This document shows, piece by piece, positions 13,075-26,084 of a stretch of DNA of 64,000 nt (position 1 is the stretch's first letter; each line of letters begins with the position of its first letter). Origin of the DNA: Eledone cirrhosa. Taxonomy: Eukaryota. The position numbers were made by a program, and so were the translations under genes. The DNA lies in assembly GCA_964016885.1 (NCBI GenBank), contig OZ024743.1, forward strand, positions 150,536,001-150,600,000. The letters run 5' to 3'. The notes under the pieces were generated by a model that did not search any database, was not told the DNA's origin, and saw nothing but the letters and a program-made list of their open reading frames with translations.

Positions 13075-14808
13075 TTGAAGGACCATAAGGCTAACTTCGA
13101 TACTAACCCTAAAATTAGATTAATATGTCCTTCAAAATCTGATATAGGTAGAATCAGTAAGTACATATTAGATCGTATTATCCCCCAAGTTAAGGCTAAG
13201 GTAGATATTAAATTATGGGGTAATACTCAACAGGCAATAAGTTGGTTCAATAACATCAGTGACAAAAACAAATCTTCTTTTATTCAATTCGATATAGATG
13301 AATACTATTCCTCTATTTCACCTGAAACTCTGCATAAGGCCCTCTCATTCGCTAAGACCAACTCGGACCTCACAAACGAGGATATTAATATTATACTTGA
13401 AGCTAGACGCACAGTAGTCCATTTTGAAAATAGTTATTGGGTTCGCAGAGATAGACCCTCGGAATTTGACATTACGATGGGTTCTAATGATTCGGCGGAA
13501 GTTACAGATTTGGTTGGAATCTATATAGCTCACAGACTCCAGAGCGAATTTATTGGCCTCCACAGTGGAATCTACCGTGATGATGCACTCCTATTAGTCA
13601 AAAATATGAACAAACAAAACCTAGAAAGGCGACGTAAAAACATTAGGAAACTTTTCTTAGAACTAGGACTTAGTATTACCTTCGAACACAATCTTAAAGT
13701 GGTCAATTTCTTGGATGTCACCTTCAACCTTAATAACGGTAATATAAAGCCATTTCACAAACTTAATGAAAATCTCAAGTACGTTAATGTAAGATCGAAC
13801 CATCCCCATTCCATTATTAAATCTATCCCTAAAAATATATCCATAAGGATCTCCCGACTATCGTCTAATTTGCAGACCTTCAACGAGCATGCTGAGTATT
13901 ATAACGACGCACTTAGAAAAGCTGGTTACTGCGAGAAAATAGAATATCTAGAAGATAACCACATAGGTACTATGAATAAATCGCATCTAAGTCAAACTAG
14001 TATTGCACCACACAGACACATTAATAGGCATAATAATAGGTGCAAACCAACAAATAGAGTTAGACGTGGAGAGTACATATGGTATAACCCCGTGTACAAT
14101 ATTTCTATTAGCACTAAGATTATCTCACAATTCTATACACTGATCAATAAAAACTTTACAACTTCACATAAATACTATAAAATCTTAAACTCGCGCACCA
14201 TTAGACTCTCATACTCCACTGCACCTAACATAGAACAACTAATTAAAAAACTCAACTCAACAATACTAAATAAGTACATCCCTAATGACACAGCGCACCA
14301 GCATAGCGACATACAACGCACTAACACGCAGCTACAACCCCACCAAACTATCCAGGATACTACTGCAAAACATAAAAATAACTGTAACTGCACTAAACCA
14401 GGTTCGTGCCCATTAAATAACCAATGCCTAGCACGCAATATTGTCTACCAATGTACAATAAATTCCGGAACCAACAAATGGTATTACGTCGGATGTACCG
14501 CAACATCTTTCAAAGCTCGCCTATACCAACATCGATCTTCGATCAAGCATGAGAAAATGCACTCCGTAACAACCCTCGCCGATAAAGCCTGGCAGCTTCG
14601 GAAGAACAATCAAGCATTCTCCCTTGATTGGCCAAGTATTGCAGTTACGCCAGCATATAAGCAAAATCACCGATTTTGTAAATTATGCAATATGGAGATA
14701 TACTGCATTTTAACGTCGGAAAACAAACTTTTGAACAGCAAAATTGAACGTTCACTTTACTGTAACCATCGTTTAAAAACGACTTTTTCTTTTTTTAAAT
14801 GCATGTAA
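13075..14808 (+). CDS. PLE reverse transcriptase + C-terminal GIY-YIG endonuclease (5'-incomplete ORF)
   Basis: FIQFDIDEYYSSI, ITMGS, GIYRDDA, VNFLDVT, SNHP, CNC..CPL..C linker, VYQC..YVG, R..QH, CKLC..E. Confidence 0.92.
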   Translation: MKDHKANFDTNPKIRLICPSKSDIGRISKYILDRIIPQVKAKVDIKLWGNTQQAISWFNNISDKNKSSFIQFDIDEYYSSISPETLHKALSFAKTNSDLTNEDINIILEARRTVVHFENSYWVRRDRPSEFDITMGSNDSAEVTDLVGIYIAHRLQSEFIGLHSGIYRDDALLLVKNMNKQNLERRRKNIRKLFLELGLSITFEHNLKVVNFLDVTFNLNNGNIKPFHKLNENLKYVNVRSNHPHSIIKSIPKNISIRISRLSSNLQTFNEHAEYYNDALRKAGYCEKIEYLEDNHIGTMNKSHLSQTSIAPHRHINRHNNRCKPTNRVRRGEYIWYNPVYNISISTKIISQFYTLINKNFTTSHKYYKILNSRTIRLSYSTAPNIEQLIKKLNSTILNKYIPNDTAHQHSDIQRTNTQLQPHQTIQDTTAKHKNNCNCTKPGSCPLNNQCLARNIVYQCTINSGTNKWYYVGCTATSFKARLYQHRSSIKHEKMHSVTTLADKAWQLRKNNQAFSLDWPSIAVTPAYKQNHRFCKLCNMEIYCILTSENKLLNSKIERSLYCNHRLKTTFSFFKCM

Positions 14809-15237
14809 TGTTATCTTTTTACACCACCATTTGCAAATTTTTATTTTTATTTTTATTTCATATTTTTATATGTTTATACACACGATATGGCTTTTTATAA
14901 TAATAGCACTAAACACTGTTTTTTAGACCCCTTTAGAAATATCCTGCTACTATAATAGCCCCAATAACTTGTCTGTAATTCTGTACTACATTGACCCCTT
15001 TAACTAAATTTTGCCCAAACAACACCACTAGAAGAATTTACTTCCCCCGTCAACCCTAACACGCCTCATTTAGCTAACTGCTGCCAAAACATTTTCTTCT
15101 ATACAATCTCTACTACTCTGACAGTCTTAAATTCTAAGCCCCCCCCCTTACTCGCTTCCCTCTTCCTCTTCCCTTCCTACCTCCTACTTTCTCTCATATC
15201 TAGTGTATAAAATATTTTCCTATCATTCTACCATAAA

Positions 15238-15352
15238 GGTCTGACGACATGGTGTGTTCTCTTACAGTGTACCTACGATTTATGATAATATTTTTATATT
15301 ATACAAATAGCGAGGTATAGGTAACCCACACACTATAGAAACAATTGTTACC
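15238..15352 (+). ncRNA. Type I hammerhead ribozyme with long stem II
   Basis: ggt-CTGACGA-atggtgtg...cacactat-GAAA-CAATTG-TT-acc. Confidence 0.8.
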
Positions 15353-15393
15353 GAGTAAATTCTTTATACCCGCATTTCCGTTTCATAAACTTC

Positions 15394-15471
<78 letters not shown>

Positions 15472-15472
<1 letters not shown>

Positions 15473-16900
15473 TATGCTAAAACCCATGGCCTCCAAATAC
15501 CTGATACTCAAAAACTCAGCAATGTCCAGTAGTGCTAAGTTTAATATTCTGATCGTAGACTTGGATCGAGTGATGAAGAACGTGTCCCGCATGTGCGACC
15601 CAACAGAAATGGAAAGACACATCCAACACTTCATCAACCTCATGCAGTTCTCTGGCTACAACCAAAGAGACAGAGTCAGAATATACGAAGGAGCCACGGA
15701 GAAGTATAAGATCCTCATAGAACTGGACATGAAAGGAATTTGCCCATTATACAGGAGCAAATCATGGAATAGCTTAGATAGGGCTAGACATAAGATAGGG
15801 AAAGCCACCTCATGGTACGACAACCAGAGATACCAGAGTGTCATGTTTGTGGACGCTACCCCTGGAGGGAAATTAGCTAACCAGTGTAGAAAGGCCCTGA
15901 GAAAGACCCACTTAAAGATTAAGGTGGTAGAAAAGCCAGGAACCACCATAAAATCCCTGATCAGCAAAACCTACCCTTTTAAGAAAACCCACTGTACTAA
16001 TAGGAAATGTATCATATGTAAGGTAAACCCCCGGATAAACTGTAAAACTAGAAACGTAGTCTATAGCATAAGATGTACAGATGGTACTTGCAGAAACATG
16101 ACAACAACATACATAGGTGAGACAGCTCGTAGCATAGGTGAAAGGATAGACCAACACTGGGGGGAACTAAAAGGACGAAAAAACAGTTCCGTACTATACG
16201 AACATGCCAGACAACAACACGACGGTAACATAGACAACATAGAAATTAGAATAATATCTAAACATAGAAATGACCCAGCAGATAGGCAAATCAGAGAGGC
16301 CAGTGAAATAGAACTTAGAAGGCCAAGGCTAAACAGAAAGAATGAATGGAATAACAACAACACCCAAACAAACAACACTGACCTAAGAGAAGTATAAATA
16401 AATAAATAGATAAATAAATAAATAAATACATACACAAGCACAATAACAACAAACACATATAAACACACACTAGTAAAGATAGAATACAGTAACCAATACA
16501 CAGTCACCCAATCACGAACACACATCAAACAAAACACTATACACACACGCAAACGCATGCGCAAAGAAAACAAAATAAAATAAACAAATAAATAAATATA
16601 TAAACAGACTAAATAAAGATGGCGTAGAAAATACAATGCAACGGGAGGAAACAATAGCACCACTGACGATGTTGCAGATGTGCAACGAAAGAACTTTGAT
16701 AAACTATATATATGTTTGTGTCTATATTGTATCTGTATTATTTTTGACCGTTGGTCAGTCAATGGCAACATTGAGGACCGAATAAATTAGATTACCGATA
16801 TAAAAGACACAGAAGCAAAAAGCGAAAACCAACCAAACAGTGAGTGTGTTCTGTTATTAATTCTGGCAATATTACACAAATATGACCCTCCCCAAGTATA
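15472..16900 (+). mobile_element. Second-lineage PLE, 5'-truncated (RT thumb + Cys-rich linker + GIY-YIG), inserted in (TA)n
   Basis: Open frame to 16397: KPMAS, MQFSGY, PLYR, C..CIIC..C, VVYSIRC, YIGETARSIGERIDQH, RQIREA. Confidence 0.88.
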
Positions 16901-16916
16901 ACAATATATATATATG

Positions 16917-17220
<304 letters not shown>

Positions 17221-17364
17221 TCTCTCTATATATATATGTGTATATATATATGTGTGTGTGTGTATGTGTATATATATATATATACACACACACTGATTTA
17301 TTAATTTTCCTACAACATAGCTATAATGGTTCAGCAAAGCGTGTGTTTGCTAATATATATATAT

Positions 17365-18648
17365 ATGCCTAGAATCAAAAGGCCTTGTCTAAGACTAAAG
17401 TTAACTTGTCTAAGACTAAAGTTCTAGTATGTAGGAAGGAAAATAGGGCACAGGTCCCCTCTGGGAAATGGCCATGCTCAGTGTGTAGGAAAGGAGTAGG
17501 CAGAAATTACATTTTATGTCCCAAATGCAAAGTTTGGGTGCATAAAAGATGTAGTAGGATCACAGGTAAGCTATCTAAGAACGTAGATTTTATAGGTGGC
17601 CGGTGCTCAGGTGCAATAAGTAGCAAGTGCCCACAGGATACTAGCTCCTTCTATTGCCCAGATGGCTCTATAGAAATAGTGGACACCTTCCGTTACCTGG
17701 GTGACAAAATCAGCAGTGGTGGAGGGTGCTCAGAAAGTACAGTAGCCAGAGTCAGAACGGGATAGATAAATTTCAGAGAGCTTATACTACTATTGGCCGC
17801 TAAATGTTCCTCTCTAAAAATTAAAGGCAGACTGTATGATACCTGCATACTAACAGCTATGTTACATAGCAGTGAGACATGGGCATTGTGTGCAGAGGAT
17901 CTGCGCAGACTGGAGAGGAACGAAGCATGCATGCTCTGCTGGATGTGTAATAGTAATATACGTGAACAGCAAAGCATAAATGAACTAAGTGAGAAATTAG
18001 GTATAAGAGGGATAATATGCTGTTTACTCGAGAGAAGACTACGTTGGTGTGGTCACGTGATGCGCATGAAAGACGATAGCTGTATAAAAAAGTGCAGGGC
18101 GATCAAAATTGACGGAAGTTACGGAATAGGCAGACCCAGAAAAACATGGGACGATTTGATAAATTCCGACCTTACACACTTACACCTCTCCAAGACAATG
18201 TCACTGGACCGAAATCTTTGGTGCTACGTAGTAATTCAGAAAACCCGCCTTGCCTAAGTACAAAGCGAAACGACAGTCAGTAGGCACCTCTTAACCAAAT
18301 ATACACCCCACCCCACTACCCTAACTCCCCCACCCCCACCCCAATCAACAGCACCCCTTTCTCTGAAAAGTTATGTTGGTACCACAACATCCAGTCCTAA
18401 ATGAGGTCGTGTAGGTGTCACGACAAAAAAACACACACGGTCCACACTGTAATGTGGCCGTGTAGGTAACAGTAAAAACCTCCCAGTCCACACTGTAAAC
18501 GTGGTTGGTGTTAGGAAGGGCATCCAGCCGTAGAAAACCTGCCAGATAGTCCTATACGAGCGAGACGACCAATCTTGCCTCAAGTGGAACAATTTCCGTC
18601 TAAATCCATGCTAGCCTGGAAGATGGACATTAAACGATGATGATGATG
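17365..18648 (+). mobile_element. RTE LINE 3' part with PHD-like finger, (GAT)n tail
   Basis: WPCSVCRKG..CPKCKVWVHKRCS, FRYLG, LRWCGHV, GRPRKTW. Confidence 0.9.
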
Positions 18649-18894
18649 TATATATATATATATATGTCAGGGGTCATTTAGCTCAATGTTGAGAGCAGTC
18701 AGTTGGTATCTGAAAATACAAAGTTTGATATCTTGTAGTGGATGCTGACCACTTTTTTCCATCAATAGGGGTATTTTACCCAGTTTTATAAGCTAAGCTA
18801 ATATTCATAGCAACTGACTGTCTTTACAGTTATTTTCTGCATTGGAGTTTCTTTGAACTTCATAAATCCCCCGCACTTTGAATATATATAAGAC

Positions 18895-19208
18895 AAAATG
18901 GCAGAGCTAGATTAAAAATGCCTTGTGATTTCTTCTGGCTTACTTCACTATGAGTTCAAATCCTACTGAGGTTAACTTTGTCTTTCATCCTTTCAAGGTC
19001 AATATACAAAGTATCAATCCAATAATTGTTTCTACTTTAGGCACAAAGCCAGCAATTTCCCAGTGCATTACTGGTACTTTATTTTATCGACCCCGTAAGG
19101 ATGAAAGGCAAAGTCAACCTCGGCGGGATTTGAACTCAGATCGTAAAGGGACGTAACTATGCTGGAAAGCATGGCGTCCGACCCTCTACTGATACTGCCA
19201 ATCCAATA
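18895..19208. mobile_element. Two oppositely oriented tRNA-derived SINE (family A) copies
   Basis: + copy with gagttcaaatcc B-box at ~18952; - copy 19021-19208 nearly identical to 36103-36296. Confidence 0.75.
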
Positions 19209-19305
19209 ATGGGGTTGATTCTTCCTCTCACTTTCTCTCGTTTTTTTCTGGAAGAAATTGGCTGTGTTGCAAAAGCATATAAATATATATATCATATATA
19301 TATAT

Positions 19306-19638
19306 ATAGTGAAATAGTGAAGAATAACATGGTGAACAATACAAAAAGGGTTTTATTTACAGTATTAACAATTGTTTCATTGATTAGGATGTCTAAAGAT
19401 TGCTAATCACTTGAAGTTGTGTCACTCAATCTTAAATACAGTGTATGCCTACTCAAATCATCGGAATTGTGGAGTTATGCCGATTATTTGATTAGGCATA
19501 AATTGTATTTAAGATTGAGTGACCCAACTTCATGTGATTAGCAATCTTTAGACATCCTAATCAATGAAACAATTGTTAATACTGTAAATAAAACCCTTTT
19601 TGTACTGTTGACCATGTTATTCTTCAATCTTTTACTAT
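19306..19638. repeat. Non-coding foldback pLTR element (hairpin) with HHR-like motifs
   Basis: Arms ~19306-19464 / 19480-19638; minus HHR att-CCGATGA..GAAA-CAATTG-TT-aat at 19364-19467; related fragment 34400-34495. Confidence 0.85.
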
Positions 19639-20274
19639 TATTACTCCAAGATTAACCTGCATAGGAATTCCCGCGAACTCGCCACCTAACTAAGGAAACC
19701 GCTTGTTGAGTCAAACAACGCCCGCCATGGTATGCATATACAAGCGCGTACACTAAAACACGCGCACACATACAAAAACCCGCGCAACACCTGTACCCGC
19801 ACACATACGAACGTATACACTAAATACACATAAAAAATATATTAGAAAAAAAAATATATATATGTGTGTGTGTGTGTGTGCGTATATACATATAATTATA
19901 TAAACGTATATAAATATACACACATAAATAACGCACGCACACATATACCTACAGGTAAATACACATATGTTCGCTAAACGTACGTCAACCAAAACACAAA
20001 GTACACATATACACACCCTACATACGTGCAAACCTGCATACACGCACAAACGCAAAATACACGTATACACATAACCATATACATATGTACCAGTATATAT
20101 AATATAATATATACACCTATAACAAATACAAGCAAATATACATACGAGAAAGTATACGCACCTTCACAAAACATACAGGTAATATATACTTACCTATACA
20201 AATAAGTAATGGTATAAACATAAAATATACTTAGCTACCACATCAAGACGTAAATTATCCGCGTATTGTTCTTC

Positions 20275-20740
20275 CTATCCGTTAGGGTATAATGTGGGGC
20301 TGTAATACAGGAAAGTTTTATGCAATTTATGTTTACAAGCCGAAATTGCCTCAGATGTTTTGTTTAAGATGTGGTCATTGGCGTAGAGTATTTCCAGGGC
20401 TTCAGCGGCGCAAAGGTCGCATGGTCTTTTATTTCCGTTATACGATCTAGCCTTAGCTAGGATCTCCCAGTGTAACCTACATTGGGTGTGGTTGTCTTTT
20501 AGACTCCAGATATAAGCTGAAAGTGACGTCATATTCCTTCTTAAAGGGTTAAGAAAAGAATGGGTGTGCATGTAAAGACGCTGCTTGAATCTATTGGCGG
20601 TTAACCCTATGTAGGCCTTACCTTGGTGGTTAACCCTATGTAAGCATTTCCCGGATAGGGGGCAGTCAACTCGATTCCTACAATTACAGTTAGTACTAGC
20701 TACAGGGTTGCACGTGTTCCTACGGCTAGGTTATTTAGCT
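20275..20740 (-). pseudogene. PLE GIY-YIG fragment
   Basis: CNCRNRVDCPL, AYIGLTANRFKQR, TSLSAYIW, CDLCAAE, SACKHK. Confidence 0.85.
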
Positions 20741-20783
20741 AAATATATATATGCACATATATATATACACACACACACACACG

Positions 20784-20900
<117 letters not shown>

Positions 20901-21074
20901 CATTAACAGAGCAAGCTTTAAGCAATACTCTGACCGGCTTCCGTCTCACTCAACAAACGTTACGATATACCTTAGTATAATCCCAATTATACGTTTGGGG
21001 TGCTAACTATACGTATTTTGCGGATAGCCAGTTGTATTATTTTATATGAGACATAATTAAAATACATCTCTCTT

Positions 21075-21196
21075 TCCAAACGATCGTTTCATTATAAGTT
21101 TTCTACAAATTGGGAAAATAATGTCCAGGTTATGTAGAAGCCTACACATAGTCCGTAGGAATATATGTAAGTGGGAACTTATAAATCATCAGTGGA
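21075..21196 (-). ncRNA. Type I hammerhead ribozyme in solo pLTR (~20895-21610)
   Basis: tcca-CTGATGA-ttataagtt...aacttataa-GAAA-CGATCG-TT-tgga. Confidence 0.85.
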
Positions 21197-21746
21197 TGCC
21201 CGACAAATATCGATATAAAAAAACCTTACCGATATTAATGTTCAGCGATGGTACCCCTCCGTGCTAGAATGACCGCCAAATTTGAAATTCAAGCAGTCTC
21301 ACAATGAGAAATCTCACACTGCCATCAAGCGGAAAGGCGAGGTCATCGCAAAACATAAAAGAATAAAATAATATGCACGCGGGTCAATTAATTCTTTCAA
21401 TAATTTTAACCATGCGTGAAGAACTCAATTGGATATAAAAAAAATAAATATATGCATGTATTATTTATACACGCATATAGGTATTTTCTTAGGCTAAAAA
21501 CAGAGATAAGATACCGGAAGAACAATCAATATTTCATACAAAGAATAAATACGGAAAGTCATACCTAAAAAGTATCTGGAAATATTCATCCCTGGCCAAA
21601 TCAAGAGTATAATATTTTATATATATATATATATATATACATTATGAAGAGAGAAGAAACATTTAGATATAATTAGTAATAAAATGTATCATACCTAAAC
21701 TGCTCACGTTGTGGAGACGCGTTCTTGAGACTAGTAAAATGAGGTA

Positions 21747-21836
21747 TCCTCTTGATAAGTCGGCAGACCTCGCAAGGACTCTATATCTTTATGATGTATT
21801 GTTTTTGTTTATGCCACGAAACTACGTAGTCGAGGA
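21747..21836 (+). ncRNA. Type I hammerhead ribozyme, U3-A8 core variant (copy 1)
   Basis: tcctc-TTGATAA-gt(c)ggca...tgccac-GAAA-CTACGTAG-TC-gagga. Confidence 0.82.
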
Positions 21837-22339
21837 ATCTAGGAGCAGTTTAGGTATGATACATTTTATTACTAATTATATCTAAATGTTTCTTCTCTCT
21901 TCATAATGTATTTTTAACTCTGATACTGGTTCAGTCTGGTTCAACCGGATTGGTCTGTCCCAGTCATTCATTGAGCAACATCGGTGAAGTTGGCACCCTT
22001 AACTCATGGTTGGGTGCGGATGCATTCATGTATATGTGTGTGTCCGCATGTATCTGTGTGTTTCTAAATATATTGTTAATAACTCCCTCTGGTCGAGCAA
22101 TCTTTGAAGTGTGGGGACTGCTGGAAAGCTTTCATTACTCATACTTCTCGCCTCCTTCACCACCTCTTCTACGGCTTCGATATAAATACCCCCTCCGCCT
22201 CCGTGGTATTTTCTTCGGGGTTATAAGAGGCTTAGCTCTGTTTCTCGACCGTTATATCGCGTGACTATCTCCCCCTTCGCCTTTTGGGATTCTTTCTCAC
22301 GTTGTGGAGACGCGTTCTTGAGACTAGTAAAATGAGGTA

Positions 22340-22429
22340 TCCTCTTGATAAGTCGGCAGACCTCGCAAGGACTCTATATCTTTATGATGTATTGTTTTTG
22401 TTTATGCCACGAAACTACGTAGTCGAGGA
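22340..22429 (+). ncRNA. Type I hammerhead ribozyme, U3-A8 core variant (copy 2)
   Basis: Identical to copy 1, 593 bp downstream. Confidence 0.82.
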
Positions 22430-22660
22430 ATCTAGGAGCAGTTTAGGTATGATACATTTTATTACTAATTATATCTAAATGTTTCTTCTCTCTTCATAAT
22501 GTATTTTTAATTCTGATACTGGTTCAGTCTGGTTCAACCGGATTGGTCTGTCCCAGTCATTCATTGAGCAACATCGGTGAAGTTGGCACCCTTAACTCAT
22601 GGTTGGGTGCGGATGCATTCATGTATATGTGTGTGTCCGCATGTATCTGTGTGTTTCTAA

Positions 22661-22719
<59 letters not shown>

Positions 22720-22722
<3 letters not shown>

Positions 22723-24109
22723 AGCAGAAGGGATATTCAATTTTTGGTAATTCAACAAATATAAATGTTCATAACTGATTCAGAGCACTCTACAACTTTT
22801 CTGGGGTATAATATACAATGATATTAAATAAATGGAAACTATATTTATAAAACCATATTTATTCTATTATATATATTTCAAGGGTACCAACATTTTGGTA
22901 CGCTATCATCAGATAAAATACGAAATGTGTTTTATGAATTTTGACATAACCAAGGAGAATATATCTTAACGGTTCAAGTTATCCTTGGATAGTGAAGGGA
23001 TAAGAGAAGAAAAGTCAGATATTTCAAATTATTAAGATGAGTATGCAAATGAGGTTTAGGTAAAAGGGCTGAAAAAAAAACGTTCTTTTAGACGCTATGG
23101 AAAATTTAAATAATTATAAGTTATTATATGAGTAGGAAAGAACAGAAAGGAAGAAGAGCTAGCATTTAGGTTAATTTGGGTGAAAAAAATTATTATTACC
23201 TATATTATGAGTTATAATATTGTATATATTAGATTATATGAAGAATTATGGTTGTATGTATTTTTATCTTATTACATTACGATAGGTTATAGGTATATAA
23301 ATATCTATATATATATTATTAATTGCGTATGTATTAGTATTATAGAGATAGAGATAATTTATAACTATTAGTTGTTTATATATCAAATATGAGTTACGAA
23401 GGAAGTTGATTTTGTATTTTACTTAAAAATAGGTGGTTCAAGTTGTGAGAGTAGAACAATTGGTGGATTCAAAAATGTTGTTCAACATTGAAAATGTTTT
23501 CAGAATATTGTTAATTTAGCGAAGCTATACAGATTATCAAACATAATATGTTTATGTTTGCACGATTGAGAAAGGAAAGATAACTCCAATTTTGTTTGTT
23601 AACCATTAAATTAGATGAATGATTTACTCCAAAATATATAGAGAAAATTATATATTATTTTGTGTGAGATACATTATTTTAGTCGAAAGATGTGTGAATG
23701 TTTGAATAACAAAAACATATTATAGGTAAATAATGTTTTCCCCCAAATTAACCTAAATGCTAGCTCTTCTTCCTTTCTCTTCTTTCCTACGCATATAATA
23801 ACTTATAATTATTTAAATTTTCCATAGCGTCTAAAATAACGCTTTTTTCAGCCCTTTTACCTAAATCTCATTTGCATACTCATCTTAATAATTTGAAATA
23901 TCTGACTTTTCTTCTCTTAGCCCTTCACTATCCAAGGATAACTTGAACCGTTAAGATATATTCTCCTTGGTTATGTCAAAATTCATAAAACACACTTCGT
24001 ATTTTATCTGAGGATAGCGTACCAAAATTTTGGTACTCTTGAAATATATATAATAGAATAAATATGGTTTTATAAATATAGTTTCCATTTATTTAATATA
24101 ATTGTATAT
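22720..24109 (-). mobile_element. Degenerate PLE 3' end with inverted pLTRs
   Basis: IR 22811-23204 / 23721-24109; HHRs at 22861-22919 (-) and 24001-24059 (+): CTGANGA..GAAA-TATATA-TA; SCKHKH remnant on the minus strand. Confidence 0.85.
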
Positions 24110-24134
24110 ATATGTATACATATACATACACACA

Positions 24135-24279
<145 letters not shown>

Positions 24280-24284
24280 ACATA

Positions 24285-26013
24285 TATCTAGATCTTGTAA
24301 AAGAGCAGCATAGCTAGTGAGGGATGTTGTATATACTACAGAGGGCATGTCTGAGAGAGCCACCAAAAACAGTAGCGGTCCCAAGACTGTGCCCTGGGGC
24401 ATCTCTCTTGTTATTGATGTTTCCTTTAAGAGGGCCCCATTGGCTGCAACTGTCTGGCTTCTGTCTTTTAACAAATCATGCAAATACTCACCTACTTTTC
24501 CAATTATGCTAAGTCTGTGTAGTTTGTGATATATCATTACATAGTCGACATTGTCAAAGGCCTTTGCAAAATCAAGATATATCACGTCCACGTGTGAGCT
24601 GTCCAGCAGTTGTTTCAGTACCCAGTCATAGTGCTGTAACAATTGTGTAAGGCAGCTTCTTCCTGGGCGAAAGCCATGCTGCGTGTTAGTTAGGTGGTCA
24701 TTTTCCTCGAGGAACATGATCAGTTTCTTTCTGATGATTCGTTCCATAACCTTACAGATATATGACGTCAGGAAGACTGGCCTGTAGTTTTTGGCCTCCG
24801 CTCTACTTCCTTCTTTATGGATAGGGTATATTGTGCCTTCCTTAGCCATCTGGATAGTTTACCGCTAGCCAAAGAACTTCTGAAGAGGATCTTCAGTGGT
24901 TTTGCAAAGCATGCTTACATGTTTTTAGGAGGACTGCTGGGAATCCATCTGGTCCAGCAGCGGAGTTTATTCTAATTTCTTCTATGGCGGATATCAGATC
25001 TCCCTCCATTATGTCAATGTGGTTGATGGTCGCCATTTCGTCATGGAGTGTTGTTGCATCAAAGAAATCCTCTGGCTTTGTTATTTGCATGTGCCTCAAT
25101 GGGGTGTGAACACACTTTTGTAGTGTTCATTCAATATTTCACTTATCCCTTAGGGATCCTCAGTTAATTAACCATTTTTATGGAAGATTGGCCCAATCAT
25201 GCAGTGTACCGAGGCAGTTTCTTTTGCAAATTTAAAGAAAGCCTTAGAGTTTGTTTTAATATTTTCTATGGCCCTGGCTTCTCTCTCTGCCCTCTCCTTC
25301 TCATGGGAAAGTTTGAGTGCAGTTTCAATTTGAAGTAGTGCTTGTTTCAGATAGGATTCCTCCTTCTTCTTCTTCTGTTGTACATTTAACTGGTTTGAGA
25401 GCTTAGTTCTTCATCTCATAAGGATTTTCCTGTCTCTGGGAATAAGATTGTTGTGCCCTTGGCCTTTTTCTCAAGGTCAAACTTATGGCATATAGTTTAT
25501 AATGTTGTCATGAAATATTGAAAATGTGTGTTGGTGTCCTGTGTGGTAATGTTGTCGCTCCAGTTTTGCTTCCGGATCTCTTTTTTTATCTTTTTCCAAT
25601 TAGCATTGTGAAAGTTTAGGCTGGATAAATTCCCAGTGCTTCTTAATGGTTTAGTCTCCGCTGATTCTCTCAGTCCATATATCATTAGTTCTACTAAGTA
25701 ACGACCCTAGAAAATCGTTGGTCTCCCCATTACATTGTGGATGAGCTTAGCATTATTTGTAATGCAGAGATCCAGGATATTCTCACCTCTTATTTGGAGG
25801 AGTACTGCTTGTTCCATGAACAGCCTGTGTGTGAAGGCCAGCCGGGACTCCGTCTGTCTCTGTTCGAGTGATGTCATTCCAGGGAGGAGGTGGCCCTCAA
25901 GCCATTTGACCTCTGGTAGGTTAAAGTCTCCCAGCAGCAGGATGTTGAGACCCTGGTCCAGTTTGCCAAGGACTTCATCCATCCTTCTGAGGCTATGTTC
26001 AAACTTATATTCA

Positions 26014-26015
<2 letters not shown>
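24285..26015 (-). mobile_element. CR1/L2-group LINE fragment (APE + RT), disrupted
   Basis: LLLGDFNLP, NILDLCITN, AAGPDG, KNYRPV, QHGFRPGRSC, IYLDFAKAFD, PQGTVLGPLLF. Confidence 0.88.

Positions 26016-26084
<69 letters not shown>

Larger units (their letters stand above)
12810..15395 (+). mobile_element. Penelope-like element, near-complete RT-EN plus 3' pLTR, between (TA)n tracts
   Basis: Frameshifted upstream piece IIIKADKTSN, long RT/GIY-YIG ORF, 3' pLTR with HHR. Confidence 0.93.
21638..22667 (+). mobile_element. Non-coding retrozyme-like / non-autonomous PLE derivative
   Basis: 372-bp direct repeats 21703-22074 and 22296-22667 (period 593, one mismatch seen); 68-bp inverted piece 21638-21705 vs 21843-21910; (TA)n on both sides; no credible ORF. 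Confidence 0.88.

Noticed and set aside
16660-16770. CTGACGA-gttgca/tgcaac-GAAA hammerhead in second-lineage PLE 3' region
   Set aside because: Core and stem II present, but stems I/III and NUH could not be closed by eye; needs Infernal/folding
18668-18745. tRNA gene
   Set aside because: A-box-like start but broken T-arm and acceptor stem; at most a SINE head or pseudogene
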